Assembly (NCBI GenBank): GCA_902781345.1
Contig: CACZIY010000001.1
Span: 1-47,899, forward strand
Direction: 5' to 3'
DNA: 47,899 nucleotides
From: Oscillospiraceae bacterium
GTDB lineage: Bacteria; Bacillota; Clostridia; Oscillospirales; Acutalibacteraceae
Positions 44,244-47,899 of the stretch are shown here, piece after piece. The translations under genes and the position numbers were made by a program. The notes under the pieces were generated by a model. That model saw only the letters and a program-made list of their open reading frames with translations. It ran no database searches and was not told the origin of the DNA. Position 1 is the first letter of the stretch. Every line of letters starts with the position of its first letter.

Positions 44244-46409
44244 ATGAAAAAGGTAACATGTGATTTAACGGTTGTAGGCGCAGGTGTTGCAGGAATTTGT
44301 ACTGCAATTGCGGCTGCAAGACAAGGACTGAAAGTTGCTTTAATAAACGATAGGAATGTTTTGGGCGGAAACGCAAGCAGCGAGCACAGAGTTCATATTA
44401 ACAGCGGTACTGACGGAAATAATTCGTTTTATTCTCGTGAGGCAGGTATTGCTGATGAATTAAAGCTTTCTGTTTTTCACTACAACCCAAAATACAATGT
44501 AAAGCAAGAATTTCATCTTATTGATATGGCTTTGTTTCAAAAGGTTTTAAATGAAAAAAATATTCAGCTTTTTTTAGGCACAAGCGTTTATGATTGCGAG
44601 GTTGAAAACGGTAAAATCACAAAAGCTTTTGCCACAAAAAGCAATACTCAGGAAGATTTTGCATTTGAAAGTGATATGTTTTGCGACGCTTCAGGCGATG
44701 GAATTTTGGCTTTTAAAGCGGGTTGCGAATACAGAATGGGTAGAGAGTCAAAATATGAATTTGATGAGTCGTTAGCCCCTGAAAAAGCCGATGACGCAGT
44801 TATGGGCAGTTGTCTTTTGTTCTCTGCAAGACATACAGGAGAAAGCGTGAAATATGTTAAACCATCATTTGCTTATGACCTTGTTAAAGATGATATGATA
44901 AAGTATTTTAACAAGCCTGAAACAGGCCGCTCCTTGCCAAAGGTTGGCGATAAATACAACGGCTTATGGTGGCTTGAATACTCTTATCCTTTAAATCCTT
45001 TAACCGATGCCGACAAGGTTGATTTTGAGCTTAAAAAGTTGATTTACGGCTATTGGGATTACATAAAAAATTCAGGTAATTACCCTAATTCTGATGATAT
45101 GGTTGTTGATTGGATTGCACCTTACGCTTCAAAGCGTGAATCAAGAAGATTTATGGGTGAATACATTTTAAAACAAAGCGATATTCAAAACAGAGTTGAT
45201 TTTGATGATGCTGTTTCAACAGGCGGTTGGTCGCTTGATATTCACGATTTCGAGGGTATTTACGGTAACGGTCCTACAAGTGCTTTTGGCGAAGTAAAAT
45301 CAATGTATAATATTCCTTTTTCTATTATGTACTCAAAGGATATTGATAACTTGTTTTTAGGCGGCAGAATTGTCAGCTGTACTCATATTGCATTAGGCTC
45401 GATAAGAGTTATGCAAACGCTTGGCGCAATGGGACAAGCAGTCGGAACCGCAGCTTACCTTTGCAAAAAATACGCTTGTACACCAAGCGAAGTTAAAAAA
45501 AGCTATATTGCCGAATTGCAAAGCACTTTGCAAAAAAACGGTCAATACATTATCGGCAAAAAAGAGGATTGCGGTTTTGCAAAATACGCAAAAATCGCCG
45601 CAAGCTCTACAAAGCTTTTTAAAAACACTAATGCTGATAAAGAGTTTTGTTTAGATGAAAACCTGACCTTTACATTGCCGATTTCAAAAGCATTTACCAA
45701 TAAATTTGAATTAAAACTCAAAAACTGTGAAAAGCCAACTGTTTTGAAATACAGTATTTATTCTGAGCAAAGCGATACCATTAACGACAAGGGCGAGTTG
45801 ATAAAACAAGGCGAAGTAAATGTTGAGCCTGATTTTGACGGCTATTTGCCTATCTTACTTGATGTTGATACTTCACTTGAAAGGATTTTTATTGTATTTG
45901 AAAAGAACGAAAACTTAACTGTTTTTGGTACAATTAATCGCTTAACGGGTGCTCCGTCATATTTTGATTTTAAAAATGCAAAAAGCGAAAATGGTTTTTC
46001 ATTTTGCTTTAAAGGCGTTGAAAATTCGCCTGAAATGTACAATGCAAATATGGTTGCAAATGGCTATTCAAGGGCGTATAAAGGTGCTAACTGCTGGATA
46101 AGCGAAAACAAAGAAAATCAGTGGTTGCAGCTTGAATTTGACAAGCCGATTGATGTTTCAAATATTCAGATTTATTTCAATCCGCAATATGAAACCGACC
46201 ATTTCAACACACCGATTAAGCAGTTGATTACCGATTATAAAATGACTGTTTTTGCTGAAAATGGTACTGATGAAACCGAAATAAATGATAATTACCTTGC
46301 TCAGAATTCGTTTGATGTAAATTATAAAAAAGTAACAAAAATTAAATTTGATTTTTATAAAAACAACGGCTCAAACGAGTTTGAAGTCTTTACAGTAAAA
46401 GTATTTTAA
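44244..46409 (+). CDS. Large FAD-dependent oxidoreductase with C-terminal discoidin (F5/8 type C)-like domain
   Basis: N-terminal dinucleotide fold VVGAGVAGICTAIAAARQG...GGNASSE. No signal peptide. C-terminal NCWISENKENQWLQLEFDKPIDVSNIQIYF resembles discoidin/CBM32 domains. Confidence 0.7.
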   Translation: MKKVTCDLTVVGAGVAGICTAIAAARQGLKVALINDRNVLGGNASSEHRVHINSGTDGNNSFYSREAGIADELKLSVFHYNPKYNVKQEFHLIDMALFQKVLNEKNIQLFLGTSVYDCEVENGKITKAFATKSNTQEDFAFESDMFCDASGDGILAFKAGCEYRMGRESKYEFDESLAPEKADDAVMGSCLLFSARHTGESVKYVKPSFAYDLVKDDMIKYFNKPETGRSLPKVGDKYNGLWWLEYSYPLNPLTDADKVDFELKKLIYGYWDYIKNSGNYPNSDDMVVDWIAPYASKRESRRFMGEYILKQSDIQNRVDFDDAVSTGGWSLDIHDFEGIYGNGPTSAFGEVKSMYNIPFSIMYSKDIDNLFLGGRIVSCTHIALGSIRVMQTLGAMGQAVGTAAYLCKKYACTPSEVKKSYIAELQSTLQKNGQYIIGKKEDCGFAKYAKIAASSTKLFKNTNADKEFCLDENLTFTLPISKAFTNKFELKLKNCEKPTVLKYSIYSEQSDTINDKGELIKQGEVNVEPDFDGYLPILLDVDTSLERIFIVFEKNENLTVFGTINRLTGAPSYFDFKNAKSENGFSFCFKGVENSPEMYNANMVANGYSRAYKGANCWISENKENQWLQLEFDKPIDVSNIQIYFNPQYETDHFNTPIKQLITDYKMTVFAENGTDETEINDNYLAQNSFDVNYKKVTKIKFDFYKNNGSNEFEVFTVKVF

Positions 46410-46416
46410 ATGATAA

Positions 46417-46445
46417 ACGGGAACGCTGTTGCGTTCCCGTTTTTT
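46417..46445 (+). terminator. Intrinsic terminator of the pot-HAD-FAD operon
   Basis: ACGGGAACGC-TGTT-GCGTTCCCGT 10-bp stem followed by TTTTT. Confidence 0.85.
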
Positions 46446-46834
46446 GTGTAAAACCACCCTTTAGTCGCCGAACGGCGACAGTTTCCCTCAAGGGACACCT
46501 CAAAAAAGTTTGTGATTCTCTAAAAATATGAGAATAGACCTTGTAAGCCGTCCCCTATGGGGAAGGTGTCATCGTTAGATGACGGAAGGGGGGATTTGTT
46601 GCAGAATCTTTTTCGGCGTATCCTACGGCACCGACCTACAAGGATTTTAGATGTTTTAGCAAACTTGAAAAGGCTTCTCCTCTAAAGAGGCTGTGCCGTA
46701 GGCGGTGGTGAGGTGTAATAAAAAACGGGACGCACCGTAAGCCGTCTCCTACACCAAATTTTAAAGCAAGCACAAACAATGTAGGGGTCGGGTTCCCACA
46801 CGTCCCGTTCCTTTTAAAGTCTTATGAAACATCT
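46446..46834. other. G+C-rich, ORF-free island of nested hairpin modules (candidate structured ncRNA or REP/MITE-like repeat cluster)
   Basis: No ORF in the track and no RBS-led sORF. Contains repeated two-hairpin modules, a 13-nt motif present three times, and a long hairpin of about 86 nt (details under findings). Confidence 0.5.
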
Positions 46835-46859
46835 AAAAAAGAGTGCAACGCACTCTTTT
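46835..46859 (-). terminator. Intrinsic terminator of the TIGR01440-family gene
   Basis: AGAGTGC-AAC-GCACTCT stem with a T-run on the minus strand. Confidence 0.75.
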
Positions 46860-46870
46860 CTAACTTTTGC

Positions 46871-47416
46871 TTACATTTTATTTTCATCATAATGGGCACG
46901 CTCGCCACCGATAAATTTCGGGCGGGTTCTTGCGCAAATTATATTCGCCTCGCCTATTTTTTTAACCGATAATCTTACAGGCACCGCAACTTTTTTAAGG
47001 TGCATTCCGATAAGCGTTCCGCCAATATCAATACCTGCGTCAGCCTTGATTTGTTCAACTGCAACAGGATTTTGAAAATTTTTATAAGCCGCTGTGGCAA
47101 ATGAGCCGCCCGCTTTTGGTTGCGGTACAACATTAACCTCATCAAGACCTGACTTTTGGCATAATTCTTTTTCAATTATAATTGCTCTGTTCAAATGCTC
47201 ACAGCATTGCGCTGCAAGATAAATTCCTTTTTCCTGCAAAATTTCATAAATAGCAGAAAAAATTTCATTTGCAGTATCTACACTCGATGAAGTACCGATT
47301 TTTTCGCCGATTACCTCACTTGATGAGCAACCAACCACCAAAATATCGCCCTTTTTCAAATTAGCTGTTTGAATTAACTCGTTTACAACAGCTTTTGTTT
47401 CAGTTTTAATACTCAT
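46871..47416 (-). CDS. TIGR01440/UPF0340 (YwlG-like) family protein
   Basis: 181 aa. GDILVVGCSSSEV...AAQCCEHLNRA pattern that I associate with this conserved Firmicute family. Confidence 0.7.
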   Translation of the reverse strand: MSIKTETKAVVNELIQTANLKKGDILVVGCSSSEVIGEKIGTSSSVDTANEIFSAIYEILQEKGIYLAAQCCEHLNRAIIIEKELCQKSGLDEVNVVPQPKAGGSFATAAYKNFQNPVAVEQIKADAGIDIGGTLIGMHLKKVAVPVRLSVKKIGEANIICARTRPKFIGGERAHYDENKM

Positions 47417-47430
47417 AAATTTTACCTCAT

Positions 47431-47463
47431 AAAAAGGACTGCTTAATTGAAGCAGTCCTTTGA
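47431..47463 (-). terminator. Intrinsic terminator of pfkA
   Basis: AGGACTGCT / AGCAGTCCT 9-bp stem followed by a T-run on the minus strand. Confidence 0.7.
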
Positions 47464-47467
47464 TTAA

Positions 47468-47899
47468 TTAAATGCCGATTTCAAGAGCAACATCATATAA
47501 TTTTTTGTCAAACTCTTGCTTCATTTGCAAAGCCTCGTAAATATCATAATCAACAATTTTATTATCGCGAGATGCAATAACACGGTTGCCGATGCCTTTT
47601 TTTAGTAACTCAACTGCTGCAACGCCCATTCTTGAAGCCAAAACTCTATCACGAACAGATGCGTTACCGCCACGCTGAACATGACCTAAAATAGTTGCAC
47701 GAGTTTCAATTCCTGTTGTTTCCTCAATTTTTTGAGCCAACTCAAACGAACCGCCTACGCCCTCAGCAACAACGATAATAAAGTGTTTTTTACCGCTTTC
47801 TTGACCTTTTTGAATTTTTCTAATCATTTCATCAAAAGTAGTTTCGATTTCCGGAACTAAAATATAGGTTGCACCTACCGCAACACCAACATGCAACGC
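47468..47899 (-). CDS. pfkA: ATP-dependent 6-phosphofructokinase, C-terminal part (N-terminus outside the window)
   Basis: VVAEGVGG, ETRATILGHVQRGG and RVLASRMG motifs. The frame is open to the window end; the track's M at 47896 is a TTG codon inside the gene. Confidence 0.85.
   Translation of the reverse strand, partial: ALHVGVAVGATYILVPEIETTFDEMIRKIQKGQESGKKHFIIVVAEGVGGSFELAQKIEETTGIETRATILGHVQRGGNASVRDRVLASRMGVAAVELLKKGIGNRVIASRDNKIVDYDIYEALQMKQEFDKKLYDVALEIGI

Noticed and set aside
46446-46834. G+C-rich island as tRNA, tmRNA, RNase P RNA, SRP RNA or a CRISPR array
   Set aside because: There is no GGTTCGAAT-type T-arm, no tmRNA tag ORF or 3' CCA-like end, no GAGGAAAGTCC RNase P core, no SRP GGAA/AGCA motif, and no regularly spaced identical repeats. 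It is kept only as an unclassified candidate.

Overview
AT-rich, Clostridia-like chromosomal segment, consistent with a plant-fibre-degrading Firmicute. Genes are tightly packed, with strong GGAGG-type ribosome-binding sites (RBS) and many hairpin plus T-run terminators. Most of the window is ordinary core metabolism. Recognisable units are: two secreted GH5 cellulases, one with three tandem CBM repeats and one next to an AraC regulator; a PHP / MGMT-like / RNA methyltransferase operon; the [FeFe]-hydrogenase maturation operon (TM1266-like gene, hydE, hydG, hydF); metQNI; a 1279-aa S8 protease; a T-box-controlled pheST; a MoxR / DUF58 / transglutaminase-like triad; pncB; ruvX; an SPFH protein; nrdR; a CE4 deacetylase; rlmH; potA / potB / fused potCD followed by HAD and FAD-oxidoreductase genes; and a pfkA fragment. 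I found no transposase, integrase, CRISPR array, tRNA or rRNA, and no recognisable defence system. The most unusual feature is a G+C-rich, ORF-free island of about 390 nt (46446-46834). It is built from nested hairpin modules and lies between two convergent terminators, so it is a candidate structured RNA or repeat-element cluster. Other points worth checking: a terminator-containing leader upstream of the hyd maturation operon; a well-signalled 24-codon Cys-rich sORF upstream of metQ; a PotC-PotD fusion with an extra transmembrane helix; a Cys-to-Ser change at the expected nucleophile of the transglutaminase-like protein; and a small SLOG(DUF2493)/XRE gene pair. All functional calls rest on motif recognition by eye, because no database searches were possible.
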